From Curvularia clavata (lineage: Eukaryota), in NCBI GenBank assembly GCA_023920165.1, contig CP089275.1, positions 2,170,001 to 2,234,000 on the forward strand: a stretch of DNA of 64,000 bases, in the 5' to 3' direction. Positions 36,777 to 49,442 of this stretch are shown here, piece after piece (position 1 is the first letter of the stretch; each line of letters begins with the position of its first letter). The notes beneath the pieces are model-generated. The model ran no database searches and had not been told where the DNA came from. It was given only the letters and a program-made list of their open reading frames with translations. The position numbers and the translations under genes were made by a program.

Positions 36777-38821
36777 CTAGTCCACTTTGATGGATCTGTA
36801 GATCTTGAGTGTGAACATCCAGCTTGCAAAGAAGCCAATTGTACCTAGGTATTCTATTAGCTCACTATTCCTTTTCAGATAAACAAAAGTGTGTACTTAC
36901 CAGTAAGAATGAACACCAGCGCACTCAGCAAAGCCGAGTATCCAAGGTAGACGACTCCACTAGTCCAACTAGTCCAGCTCACATCCTTGATCCAGTACAG
37001 CAGGCAGCTAGCAAACACGTAGAACGCACTGGCACCAGCCGTGAAGAAAGATCTCCACTGCCAGTGGTAGTTTTCTGCACACAAAAGGAAGTAGATCATG
37101 AGTACCGTAACCGCTGCTGAAGTGATAATCATGAGTCCAAAGCAGAGGAAGAGGAAACCAAACATGTAGTAGACTTTTGAGAACCAGATCGAGTTCATGA
37201 TGAAGTAGAGTTCAACAAAGATGGCGCCAAAGGGAAGAACACCGGCCAAGGCCATGGATGGGAGCGGTCGCAGGTAGCCTCCCGCTGGTGGAATTTGACG
37301 TGGGATCTGGTTCGTGCGAACAGGGGGTTCAATGGCGGCTTGCTTGAAGCCGATCCAAGAGCCCGCAAGACTCAGCGGGACTGAGATGACGAACCAGATG
37401 ATGACGACGACAAGCATGGTGGTGAATGGTACAGCTCCTGATGCGCCTCTACCCCAAACAAACAGGTTCATGAGGAAGAAGACACCAAAGACGATTGCTG
37501 GTAAAGCGACTGGGGTGTAGAAGAAGCAGAGTTTCCAGGATTCTCCATGGAAGAACTTGTGGACGCGTGCAGCAGTGTAGCCGCCAAAGAAGCCGAAGAG
37601 TGTGTAGAAGATGATGATGACGGTTCCGAGAGCACCCCGGTTGCTGGGCGAGAGGAAGCCGAGAAGTGCGAAGACTATCATGCATGTCAGTAAAAAGGGC
37701 CCGCATAAAGACTCGATGTACTTACCTATAGTTAGTGCTGTCATAGCAAAGAGCTGGGCGCCGTTGCCGAGCAAGACTGACAGAAGCAGCGGATTCTTCG
37801 GAGGCCTGAACACATCGCCATGGACCAATTTCCAACCAGAGTCATCGGCAGTATCATCTGCATCTCCTGTCTCGCCAAAGTCTTCGAGCGCAAACTGATC
37901 TAGGCGGTTGTATCGCGCAATATCCTTCTTTAGAGTACGCACGAGGATGGTGCTGACCATGCCAACGAGAAACACGACAATTACCGCGGAGTTGATGAGG
38001 GAGAACCAATGGATCTTAGGGTCGTAGACGTGGAGGTATTTGTCCCAGCGAGTTGCAAAGGGAGTCGGGCTGCTCCGCCAGTACACGCCATAGGTAAAAA
38101 CAACCAGGTTGTCGTCGTCGTCCTTGTCCTTCAGAACAACCGGTGTCTGTCCATTGCACGTAGCCTCGGAATCGCCTTGTCTCTTCGATTCAGCCATTGA
38201 GTACGGGTCCACCAGCACGCCAACAACACGGTAGTTACCCGGCGAAGCCTCGTGGTAGTCAATGACGATGTCATAGTGATTGTTAAGCATGGGCTTCTCG
38301 TCATCTACCAAGCCCAATGCGAAGCCAGGCTGGTAGAAGATCTGGTCTGAGCCAGGCTCCCGCAATGACTGTGCCGCTGGCAGCCCGTCAATTAGCCAGT
38401 TGAGGTCATAGCCCTGGTATATCCTGTCGTTTACAAAGGCCGCATCTGGGCCTGGGTATGGTGCTTCGCAAAGAAACTTGCATGACTCGTTGACGCCCAT
38501 TTTCAGTTCAAAAGGACTTGTTTGTATGCGGTCGCCGAACAGTATGCTTCCCAAGCTTTCACGGATTTCCTTTGGCCCATCTTTTTCGCGGCAAAAGTGA
38601 AAGGGCGGGTAGTAGTAATCGAAGGAGAAGACGGATCGTATTTTCGGATCGTTTTGCGAGTCGGCCGGGGTAAGGCGATTGACGTAGAGCGGTACGGCAT
38701 CTCCGGTTTTGTAAGTTGTCGGCGCGGTTCCTGGAAAGTAGAAGGCCGACGCTGGCGAGGGTGCGATGGCTAGCAAGGACGCCAGCAAGGCGCCTGAGGT
38801 GGACAATGCAGGCCGCCGCAT
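36777..38821 (-). CDS. EMP70: Transmembrane 9 superfamily / nonaspanin (EMP70/TMN)
   Basis: Signal peptide, AFYFPG, IHWFSLINS, GWKLVHGDVFRPP, PVRTNQIPRQIP and C-terminal IYRSIKVD (KxD motif). 2 introns. Confidence 0.93.
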
Positions 38822-39500
38822 TGTGTGTGCTTGGCTGCGCACTCAGCAAAGGCGTGCAACAGCTGGTCGTGATTGTTACGACTTGAGAAGATGGGCGGGA
38901 TGGCGAAACGTAGCGTTTGCCGCAACAATGCCACCAGTAGTCAAAGAAGAAGGTCCGGGAATGCGGGGAGGATTTCTAGAAACGCGGACTGTCCATGGCA
39001 GCCAGGCGACGAGTATGCGGAGAGTTGGGGAGTAATGGCAATGTGGTGTTATCTCAGCTACGCCGGCTGCGCCATGCTCCACGGTTACGTGGGAGCAGCC
39101 TAGGAAAGCTACGCGCGGGCCACGCCATAGGCCATCTCAGCAGACAGGGGTTCTCCAACGTCACGGTAGATTGCGGTAGCATAAATCCATGTTCGCATTC
39201 ACATGCCCCGCTTGGCTTCCGCACAGCGTCTGAGAATGCCGGTAAGCAGGGTGCACAGATATCGAGGGCCTTGGAAATCTGACTGGATGCGTCCTGTGTT
39301 TCCAGGAGCTGAATTGTTCGCGCTGTATATACATCAATCATGATGTCCCCTACGCCAAGGCGAGGCCGACGTTTTGCACTTTTCCACCCCTAGCAGCAAG
39401 GGCACAATGGGCTGCCCAAATCCCGCAAACACGCTCTGATATCGACTGTAACAAAATAAGAATAGGAAATGATCTTGGGTATCTACCCCTTCCCCCCTCT

Positions 39501-40687
39501 TCAAACAAGTCCATCGTAGAGAGACAAGGCCGAGACAATGGTCTCGTCGCGCTTGGATCCCTCCTTGAATTCGGCCATGTCTAAGCTACCGTTCTCGTCC
39601 TTGTCCATCATCCTGAAGATCTTCTTGACGCGCTTCTCGGGGGTGTCTTCATCCTCGGGGAGCTTGACCATGGAGCCAACCTGCATGCGTTAGCGACAAG
39701 TTGGTACTAGCACCCGTTTGTGCTTACCATTTTGTAGATGGCCTCTACAATGGCCAGCATCTCCTCGTAGCTTATCTTGCCGTCCCCGTCAATATCGTAC
39801 AGCTGGAACGCCCAATCAAGCTTATCCTCCATCTTGCCACGGCTAGTGACGCTGAGTGCGCAGATGAATTCCTTAAAGTCGATGGTGCCTGACTTGTCTG
39901 CATCGAAGACGTTGAAGACATAGTCTGCAAATGACGACGGATCGCCAAACGGGAAGAATTGCTTGTAGATTTTCTGGAACTCCTCCTTGGTGAGCATGCC
40001 CGATGGGCAATCCTTTAGGAAGCCTAGATGGATACACTCAGCCACAGGCCGTCTCGACGCAGTAGAATCTGTGCGCACCTTTGTACCATTGCTGTAGTTC
40101 CTTCTTGTCGAAGTGTGTCGCTTTCTGCAGATCGGCCAGCTCCTGCTGGGACAGTTTACTCTGGCTGCAATATCGCACAATCAGCTGCTGCTTCTGTATG
40201 TCCAAACACGCGATGCGGCAGTATAGTCGCAGGGTCTCGTCAAGCTCGCGCACGGCGTTGGCCAAGGCAACTCTCTGCATGTCCCTGTAGTGTGCACGTC
40301 CAGTCTCGCCTAGGCGGGGTGCGTGAGGGTCATGGCGACGCGCAAACTTCAAGGGCGGATGGGCGTGTTCAAGCAAGGGTATCCCGCATGGTTGCAAAGG
40401 CGTTGACGGCGCAGACTGTGGTTGCGCATGCATGTCGCTGCGGTTGTGGGGATCGGGTTGCGGTTGCATGCTCACGCGGGCTGGATTCGAGAGCGACATG
40501 GAGGCGCAAACACTGGGACCTGAGTCGAGAAGCCATGCTGAGGCCGCGGGCCAGTGGAGCGCTTTCACCTGAGGTGCGTGGATTCGAGGCAAAGGGCAAG
40601 AGACATCTGGCGTGAAGGGGCAGGCGCAGAGGCCCCGCACTCGTCAAGCAGTGAGGAAAGAGAAAAGCCGACTTACGATTTACCCAT
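39501..40687 (-). CDS. FRQ1: Neuronal calcium sensor-1 / frequenin homolog
   Basis: Spliced [41 protein letters not shown] with EF-hands [24 protein letters not shown] and [12 protein letters not shown]; ends LSLYDGLV. 11-nt first exon 40677-40687; 3 introns. Confidence 0.96.
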
Positions 40688-41392
40688 GGCTGGACGAGGG
40701 CTGGAGTAGCGTGAGTGGGGATGTGTAGAGAGGCGCGGAATACGTAGGCAAGGGAAGAAGCGGCGGCTAGGCAGTGGTAAGGTGTTGGTAGGCGGAGCAG
40801 CACCAGAGTATTGTCGCTGATAGTAGTGGCGGGCCAATCGATGGCGGGGCTCCAGCGATGCTCGTGCAGGCAAGGGGCTGGGGCTCTTGGAGACGTGACC
40901 CAATCTAGATGTCAAGTCGAGGTAGTATGCGAGTACTCGGTTGTACAGTGTAGCGGACAGCGGAGGGAGAGGAGGATATATGACGCACGAGGGCAGGACG
41001 GCAGCGGAGCTTCAGGGCCACTGCCGTGACAGCGCGGGTCCAGACGGTCTGTCTGCCCTGCCCTACCACAAAAATAGCGGCGACTCGGACGACGAGGGCG
41101 GCCGTTCGTCATCTCCCGCCCTCGCATGCACATGCACATCTCGCGTGCAAACCCCCCCACGGGTCTGGAAAAGCCCATGTACCTGTGAAGACTTGGGCTG
41201 AGCACAGCTGGCCATTCAGCTCTCCGCATCAAGCGCTCCATTGCAGCCCTATGCCCCCATCCGCCACGTCCGTTTCCGTCACGTGCGTGCGCGTGGCTCC
41301 TCTCCTAGCGCGCCAAATAGTACTTGTACATGTTTTACCCCATTGCAACCACGCCAGCCAGCTTGTTGCACCACCGAGCCTGCCCGCACGCC

Positions 41393-42302
41393 ATGGACGA
41401 CATTCTCAACGAGCACTTCAACAGAGTCGAGAAGGCCTTGACCACTCTGGTCGACTCAATCGCCGCCTACAACCCAGCTACCCAGGCCGCAGTCGATCTC
41501 GTGGCCGCTGACGACCAGCTGAGCGAGGGTCTCGACCAGCGTACGCCAACAACTCTCGTCTTCTTACCCCGGTCAGGCTTGTTAACACGTTGCAGTCGCC
41601 AAACACCAAGCAAACCACGCCCGCATCCAGACCCTACGCGCAGACGCAAACGCCCTTGAGGAGCAGCTTAAGACTTCAGTCAAGAAGCTTGCTCAACTTC
41701 GTCGCGAGCTGTTCACGACCCCCGCGACGACATTTCCACCAGATTCGCGTGCCGTTCCCTTTGACGAGCTGCTACAGTACGCGACCAACATTTCAAGATA
41801 CACTGTACCACCAACCTATCGCGAGCCTGTCCCTACCACAGACAAGGACGACGACGAGGCGGGTTCGAGTGGGGCCCCCACTAATGGCGTAAACACGCCT
41901 GCCGTTGTGCCGGAGACCATGGATCTGGTCAATGGGGGCTCCGAAGCGCACAAGGGAGGTCAAGACGCCGACGGACCTGCACCTGATATTACTGCCGAAG
42001 AGGACGAGTGGCTGAAGAAACTCAAGGCCAGCAATCTAGCTTGGTATCCTTGGCCAAGCACAGAAAAGATTCGCAACGGCATTCTCTACCGCCTCTCATA
42101 CTGGCGGGAGAAGGGCAACAACCTCGACGAGTTCAATATACCCGCTTATTTAGAAGAGCAAAGAAAGAAAGCTTTAGGCCAAGAGGAGAACTTGGGAGAA
42201 GCTCCGGCAGAACCAGTAGAAGAGCAACCTCATCGTGAGGCCGCAAGGCCAACCAGGCCGCTCAGTGCGTTCACGGGTCTTGACGACATGGACGAGATGT
42301 GA
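41393..42302 (+). CDS. MED4: Mediator subunit 4
   Basis: MDDILNEHFNRVEKALTTLVDSIAAYNP.., PFDELLQYATNISRYTVPPTYR and WYPWPSTEKIRNG. Intron ~41540-41595. Confidence 0.85.
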
Positions 42303-42736
42303 GTTCTGTGTGCAGCGCATCACCATAATACATGTCTCGTAGCCGAAGCCAGAGAATACAGCAAAATCTCGCTAGAATTCAGTAAAGCATATCATATGTG
42401 GTTTTCACTTCCCATTTTCAACTCCCCTGTAGCTTGGTCATGGGTGAGTGCGTATCTATCAACATATAGGATATAATGACATCTTACGTGGCGGGGACTG
42501 TTTTTCTAGCCTTTACTTCATACAGTGGTAGAAGTGTATTACAAGCATACAACTAGATCAGTATCAACGTGTAGACTTCATCATCTCAAAGCTCCACAGC
42601 TGCGCAGATGCTCCCTGTAGCTTTAGCCGAATACGGTTAGCACCTAAATTTTCGGGGCAGCCGTGCTCAACTTTTCTCAACTTGACGACGCGACATAAAC
42701 TTTCAACAAACACATACACGAACAATTAACGGCAAA

Positions 42737-45700
42737 ATGGGTAGCAAGGCACGAAAGAGGGAGCGCGACGCGGACCAAGGGGAAAGGGTCGACGAGGCTC
42801 CTGCAAAACGACCCCGACAAAGCATTGACAGCCAGGTGAACCTCTCAAAGCTATACGTGGATCTGGCCGCAGAGGAAGATGGCGTTCGTCTGGAGGCCGC
42901 CAAACAAATCATTATGAGATTCTCGCCCGAGAACAAACCAGCTGCGAAGGAGGTGGAAGAAGCCCTAGTGCGACTAATCAAAGGCCTATGCAGTCAGCGC
43001 AAAGCAGCCAGGGTCGGATTTTCACTTACCCTAACCGAGTTTTTGCGCCAAATCTTTGGAGACAAGAAGAGCGAGATTGAAGATCTGCAGCTTGATGTAG
43101 CATCCATCATCAAAATGGTAGAAGATAAGACGAAACCCAAAGGCAACGTACCCGGAAAGGTAAGAATACAGCCGAGAAGACGCATATTCTCAATATTAAT
43201 GCGTTTAGGAACGACGAGATCACACAATTGGAAAGTTGTTCGGTTTCAAAGCCATTATGCAGTCATCCATTCTCATTGAGCCTGAAGTATCCTTGGATTG
43301 CTGGAACAATCTGCTGGACCGAGTGTATAAGATGGCACGCGACATTCCTTGGCTACGCGAAGAATGCGGCATGGTTCTAGTTGAAGCGGTGAGGAGCCTG
43401 AACGGTCAGTCAAAGTACCAGAAGTGTGTCGAGGAGTTACTTGAGCGCCTCAGCTCATTCCAGCTCATTTCTACTCCTGAAGGTGTAGCTGTGTGGCTCA
43501 CAATAAAGGACAGCTATCCAGACGCACTTCCAGAAGGTGTCTGGCACGCCAAGGATCCGCTGTCCAAGAAAGAGCGCTCTCGTTTGGCAAAGATCTTGAA
43601 AGAGGATTTCAACAAAAACGAGTCAGAAGATGGCAGGAAAGAAGCCGCAAAAACTGGAACAACAAATCCTAATCCGTCGTTTACTTGGGACCTGGCGTTT
43701 GCAGAGATTATACGCAGAGATATAGCAGCAAAAGAAGACGCCAACAACAGACCAGAATTCCCGCAGTTTTGGATTGATACTGTAGACGGTGAGTTAAAAG
43801 TGGAAACCGACTATCGCTTGTCTGTAGGGCTAATGGGATGCAGGCAATCTCTTCTCTTCTGCTGCGTCTCATGAACGCAAAGCCTGGGGTTTCAAGCTGC
43901 TAAGTAGCATGGTTACTCGTGTGCCTGATTGGGCTGTGCCTGCGCTTTTCAGTCCTAATCTCATGCGAACCCTCATCAACCAGAGCAAGAAAGAAGACAG
44001 ATTCCTTCACTCGGCCGCATTAGCAGCGTTGAATTCAGTCCAAGCCCGGGTTGAGCAGGAAGACGGAGCTGCTCTGTCCATCTTTTCCGCGCTAACGTCA
44101 AAGCATGGTAGCATTGAATTTGACCGCATCACCAAGACGAAGACCCTTGAGCAAATCCTGTTGGCAGCCGACGACAAGAGCTTGATGAAGATCATACGCC
44201 ATCTCAGGTCTCTAATTCTACGTCCAGAGAGCGAGGATCAGGTGGTCGCTGATAGTCGTCGCCAAGCCATAGCAGACTTGTTACTGAATGCTGTAAAAGT
44301 CTACAAGCGCTACGAGAAATTCAACGAAAAGGTCTTCAAAAAAGAGGCTACTTATCGCAAAGAGGGGCGGCCTCTGGAGGAGAGAAAGTCTAATTGGCTC
44401 CGAGAAGCCCTGGAGACGTTGGTAGAATTCGCCTACTTCGTCCCTGCTCAAAATGCAGAGACTAAGAAAATGCCACTTCCTCCTATCAGCGATCGTAGCC
44501 GGACAACATTCCAGGAACGTCTATCCTCATGTTTGACCAAACTACTTGACGTAAAGCTTGGCAATCGCGCAGACGTTGCGCTGCTGGTCATTGACATGAT
44601 CAAAGCTAAGAGTGGCAAGTCTTCGAAATTGGAACTTTCTTTGAAAGCAGACCCATCGATTCTGGGCACCATCAAACAAGCTTCAAAGACTCTTGCCAGC
44701 ATTTCTGATGCTGTATGTACAATTGCTACTTCTATTGTTCATTTGACTAACTTGAAACTACAGGGCTCAGTAGCTGGCAACGAAATGGCAGCCCAAGGCT
44801 TTATGCTCTTGTACTCGCTGACGCTTCTCCAAGTCTACAATGGTGAGGGCGATGCTGTCATGATGCTTGACGACCTTGATGCTTCATACGAAGCCTTTAA
44901 ATCATCGCGGAAGACCTCTTCAAAGAAGCAAAAGTCTTCAGCGTCCGACGGTCAAAATGCCTTTGTGGAAATTGTGCTCTCCTTCTCAGGAAACACGCGC
45001 ACATTGTTCCGTCGCATAGGAGAGGAGGCTTTCTCTATATTTGCTTCGGAGATTAGTGCTGAAGGACTCCAATCGCTCACTGACATACTGGATACCGAAG
45101 AGAACCTGGAGGGTCAGAGGGAGCTGTTCAACCAGGGCGACGAAGATGTGGAGGAGGACGGATCAAGCGACGACGATGATGACGATGAAGAGGACTCTGA
45201 TGTAGAGATGATCGATGGACAAGGATCCAACGACGCCTCTGAATCGGACTCCAACGGCAGCGAAAGCGACAGCGATGGAAGCAGCGACGACGAAGACAGC
45301 GGAGACGATGCAGAGTTGATGCAATTTGACAACATGCTAGCCATGACTCTTCAAACATCCAAGCCGAATATCAATGGCGATGCTGCAGAAGAGACTTCAG
45401 ATGAGTCGGACATGGACGATGAACAGATGATGGCACTGGACCCACACCTAAGCAAGATTTTCAAAGAGAGAAGCAAAACAACAAGCAAGAAGAAGGAGCG
45501 AGAGGACGCTAAGCAGAATGTGGTTCAGTTCAAGTCGAGGGTTCTTGATCTGCTTGCCATATACATGGAGAAGCAGTACTCGAATCCGCTCACACTCAAC
45601 GTTCTACTCCCAATGCTTCGCCGCACTCGCGCAAATGCAAACAAGCAGATTGCCGACAAAGCAGCCAAGACGCTTAAGACCTTTTTCGATACACGCACGA

Positions 45701-46002
45701 AGCACAAAGCTCCTCTGCCAAAGCCAGAGGACACAGAGCCTGTATGGGAGCTACTAAAGGGTATCCATGAAGAAGCAAAGCTGGGAAATGGGGCCAAGGT
45801 TCATGCAGATGCCTGTGGTTCCGCCAGCCTGCATGTTGTCAAGGTACTTGTTGGCATGGACAAGGCAAACTATGCTGGCGTAGTGGATATATATGCGGAG
45901 ACACAAAAGCAATGGTTCGCGGACAAGAAGTCCCCTCTCCAGCCTGTGCTGTTTACGCAGTTCCAAAATTGGTCCGTCAACGCGCGACAGCAGGGAAAAT
46001 GA
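42737..46002 (+). CDS. POL5: Pol5/MYBBP1A (DNA polymerase phi family) rRNA-biogenesis factor
   Basis: RLIKGLCSQRKAARVGFSLTLTE, SHERKAWGF, FSPNLMRTLINQ, an acidic tract with MDDEQMMALD, and FKSRVLDLL. Introns ~43160-43208, 43788-43843 and 44713-44763. Confidence 0.9.
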
Positions 46003-46388
46003 GATGAATGCTGGCATGCGTCTGGCAGTGTATTAGAACAGTGTATATGATGAATTGATACTTCAACATTTGGAATAGTCGCTATCTACTGGTAAGAGTA
46101 TTAGAGGAGATTGTTAGTGCAATGGAAGTTCACCGTGTAGAACAGTCCCTCCCCAATCACATGGAGCCGGTACCTAGGTATTGCATCCGTCCCTTCATGC
46201 TGTCTACAGAATACATACTGGGTGTGTCATGTCAGTGGCAAGGCCCCCACTTAGCTCTGCCCCGCGGCGGGGACCTTTGGTAGCACTAGCCTAGCTGCCT
46301 CCCATGTCGTACCAAACATTTCCAAGGCTCATCAAACTCTCGGGCGGTCCACACTATTTCCTTTTTCACACACAGCTCGCACTCTGAA

Positions 46389-49006
46389 ATGGCTTGCAAA
46401 CACGTCAACTCGCCTGGTTGGTCCTCTTCCCAGCCCGTCCAAGAAGGCAAACACGTAGCAAAAGATCTAAGGTGGCGTGGGCCTGAGTGGTTCGCCCTCC
46501 TCCGCCTTGGATATCATTGTTATGTAGCTTTGGCTCGCATAAAGACTGTGCTAACACATTGTAGAGCTACGGCCCCCAGGCCCTACGCAGTCAGTCTATC
46601 GGGAAGACTGTACCCAGTGCTTCGACTCGATCGACGACCCAACCGGCTTAGACGTGTGCCTTTACTGCTTCAACGGGGGCTGCACAAGCGATCGAAACCA
46701 TGCTCTGCTCCACGTATCCTCTACAACCCACCCGCTCGTCCTCAACATAAAGCGTACGCGAAAGCGGGTTCAGCGCGATGAGCCGCCCCAGAAGATGACC
46801 AAGCTTGCTGTCGCAGCTGAAACCGAATCCGACCGCTACGATACTACAACCCAAATCAAATGCTACGAGTGTAAGATAGATGACGTTGACAGAAGCTCTG
46901 GAAAGCTTCCAGAACTCGTTGACGCAGTCCTCAAGGCGAACACATTTGCCAAACAGCAAGAGGTCAAGGCATGGGAGCAAGAGCTAACAGCTTGCGAGCA
47001 TACACTGTGTCTAGAGCAGAACACGGCACGGCAAATCGAGTCGGAAACGCTAGGTCACTGCTCAGAGTGCGATCTGAAGGAGAACCTATGGCTCTGTCTG
47101 TCATGCGGTAATTTAGGCTGCGGTCGCCAGCAGTTTGGCGGTGTTGGTGGCAACTCACACGGTGTTGGACACACCAAGTCAACTGGCCATCCTGTCGCCG
47201 TCAAGCTTGGGTCCCTCACTGCCGATGGTACAGCCGATATCTATTGCTACGCTTGCGACGAAGAGCGCATTGATCCGGAGCTACCGGACCACTTGGCGCA
47301 CTGGGGCATCAACATCAAGGACAGGGTCAAGACGGAGAAGAGTCTCACTGAAATGCAGGTCGAGCAGAACCTTCGATGGGACTTTGCAATGGTCACCGAG
47401 GACGGCAAAGAGCTACAACCATTGTTTGGGCCAGAATTGACGGGCTTGAAAAACTTGGGCAACAGCTGCTATCTGAACAGCACATTACAGGCACTGTTCG
47501 CTATGCCGGAATTCAAGGAGCGATATTATTTGCCAGATCAAGCACCGCCTAATGCAGCGCTTCCTGCAGAAGATTTGGAAACTCAACTGCGCAAAATCGC
47601 CGATGGAATGATCTCGGGTCGCTATTCGAAGCCCGACACCGATGTTATTACCAACGAGTACAGTTCGGAAATCCCGCACCAACGCGGTCTTGTGCCTGCA
47701 ATGCTGAAGCACTTGATCGGTCGGGGTCATGCCGAGTTCTCGACGATGCGACAACAAGACGCCTTCGAACTACTCCTGCACATGTTCAAGCTTATATCTC
47801 GGTCGCAGCATACCGCACCGCACAAGAACCCTGTAGATGCGTTCCGATTCGCTATGGAACAGCGGTTACAGTGTGTTGGTTGTAAACGTGTGCGGTATAG
47901 GACAGACGAACAAGAGAATATTACGATTCCTGTCCCTGTTCGTAGAATACCAAGAGAGTCCCAAATGGACGTCACAAATGATAGCGGCAAAAACGAAGAG
48001 AAGGAAGAGTTTGAGGCGGTTTCACTAAAGGAATGTCTTGACATATTCACAGGCGAAGAACTGGTCGAGCTTACTTGTAGTGCCTGCGGTAGCAAGGACG
48101 GGTTCACCAAGAGGAACATGTTCAAGACCTTCCCCGCAGTATTGGCAGTAAACGCGTGGCGTTTTAAGGTGGTTAACTGGGTGCCTACCAAGCTGGATGT
48201 ACCTGTCATTGTGGACGACGAGCCACTTTCACTCGATGCCTACAAATCCAAGGGATTAAGCGAAGGTGAAGAACTCCTCCCGGACGATGTTGAGATGGGA
48301 GCAGCCGGAGGATCGTCAGGCAAATGGGTTCCCAATGAGGCAGCACTATCGATGCTCGAAGCCATGGGCTTCCCCAGGGTCAGGTGTGAGAAGGCGCTAC
48401 ATGCCACTGGAAACGAAGATCCTGAAGCAGCATCAAATTGGCTGTTCTCGCATATGGAGGATCCTGACATTGACGATCCTGTTGACTTCAATGCTGGATC
48501 TGGTGGAAGCGCAGCCGCTGCATCCACGATTGACCCCGAGAAGATTGAGAATCTGGGTGCTATGGGCTTCAGTGCCCCCCAGGCACGACAGGCCCTCAAG
48601 GAGACGGGTGGCGATATGGAGCGTGCTGTCGATTGGTTATTCAACCATCCGGATGCAGCCGGTGACTTTGACGAAGGCGGTAGCTCTGATGCACCGGCCG
48701 ATACGACAGAAAAGGTGTTGGCGGGTAGCGATAAGCTGCCTGCGAGCTTTCAGCTGCACTCGATCGTGTGTCATAAGGGAAGCTCAATCCATGCTGGGTA
48801 CGTAGAGTCCAGAAACATCTCCACTAATTCACGTGACCAGCCATTCGCTAATACTTTACAGCCACTATGTCGCGTTCGTTCGCAAGCAGTTGCCAGATGA
48901 GAAGTCAGCATCATGGGTTTTGTTCAACGACGAGAAGGTTGCCAAGGCTGCAGATGTGGAGGAGATGAAGAAGTTTGCCTATGTGTATTTCTTCAGGCGT
49001 TTGTAA
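46389..49006 (+). CDS. UBP14: Ubiquitin C-terminal hydrolase 14 (USP5/isopeptidase T)
   Basis: ZnF-UBP (NLWLCLSCGNLGCGR), Cys box GLKNLGNSCY, QQDAFE, two UBA domains (AMGF) and His box HKGSSIHAGHY spliced across an intron at ~48798-48861. First intron ~46417-46564. Confidence 0.95.
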
Positions 49007-49191
49007 GACAGAGGGTCTAGGTCGTGCATCAGACTAGCTAGCATAGCGGACACGGAGTTGTCCTGGATTGCATTCACAATCATGGCACGGCGAAAAGGAG
49101 CGAGACTTGAGAGAAGCACGGTTCCATGTTTCATGTCGCGATACTGTAGAGCGAAGAGCGTCGATGTGAAAATATGATGGTACAAGTTTCC

Positions 49192-49200
49192 ATCTGATAA
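49192..49200 (+). promoter_or_regulatory. Candidate SreA (iron-responsive GATA repressor) site ATCTGATAA upstream of ISU1
   Basis: Exact match to the ATCWGATAA consensus, about 245 bp upstream of the ISU1 ATG. Confidence 0.55.
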
Positions 49201-49442
49201 GGGCCCTCGATTCCACGGACTGCGCGGAAGCTTTTGGCTGTTGATCCATGCGGTAGGTGTGGGGTAGTTAGCGCACAGATTACGTCGCCGATCACGCTTT
49301 TCCGTACATTACTTCAATTGCCCGTCGCCCATCGAACATCTCCGCCACACCTACACACACATACCAACACTCGCCTGCTACCAACACAAAGGACGAATAC
49401 ACGCCTCTATACGAACAATCCGCGCATATCGAGATCGGCATC

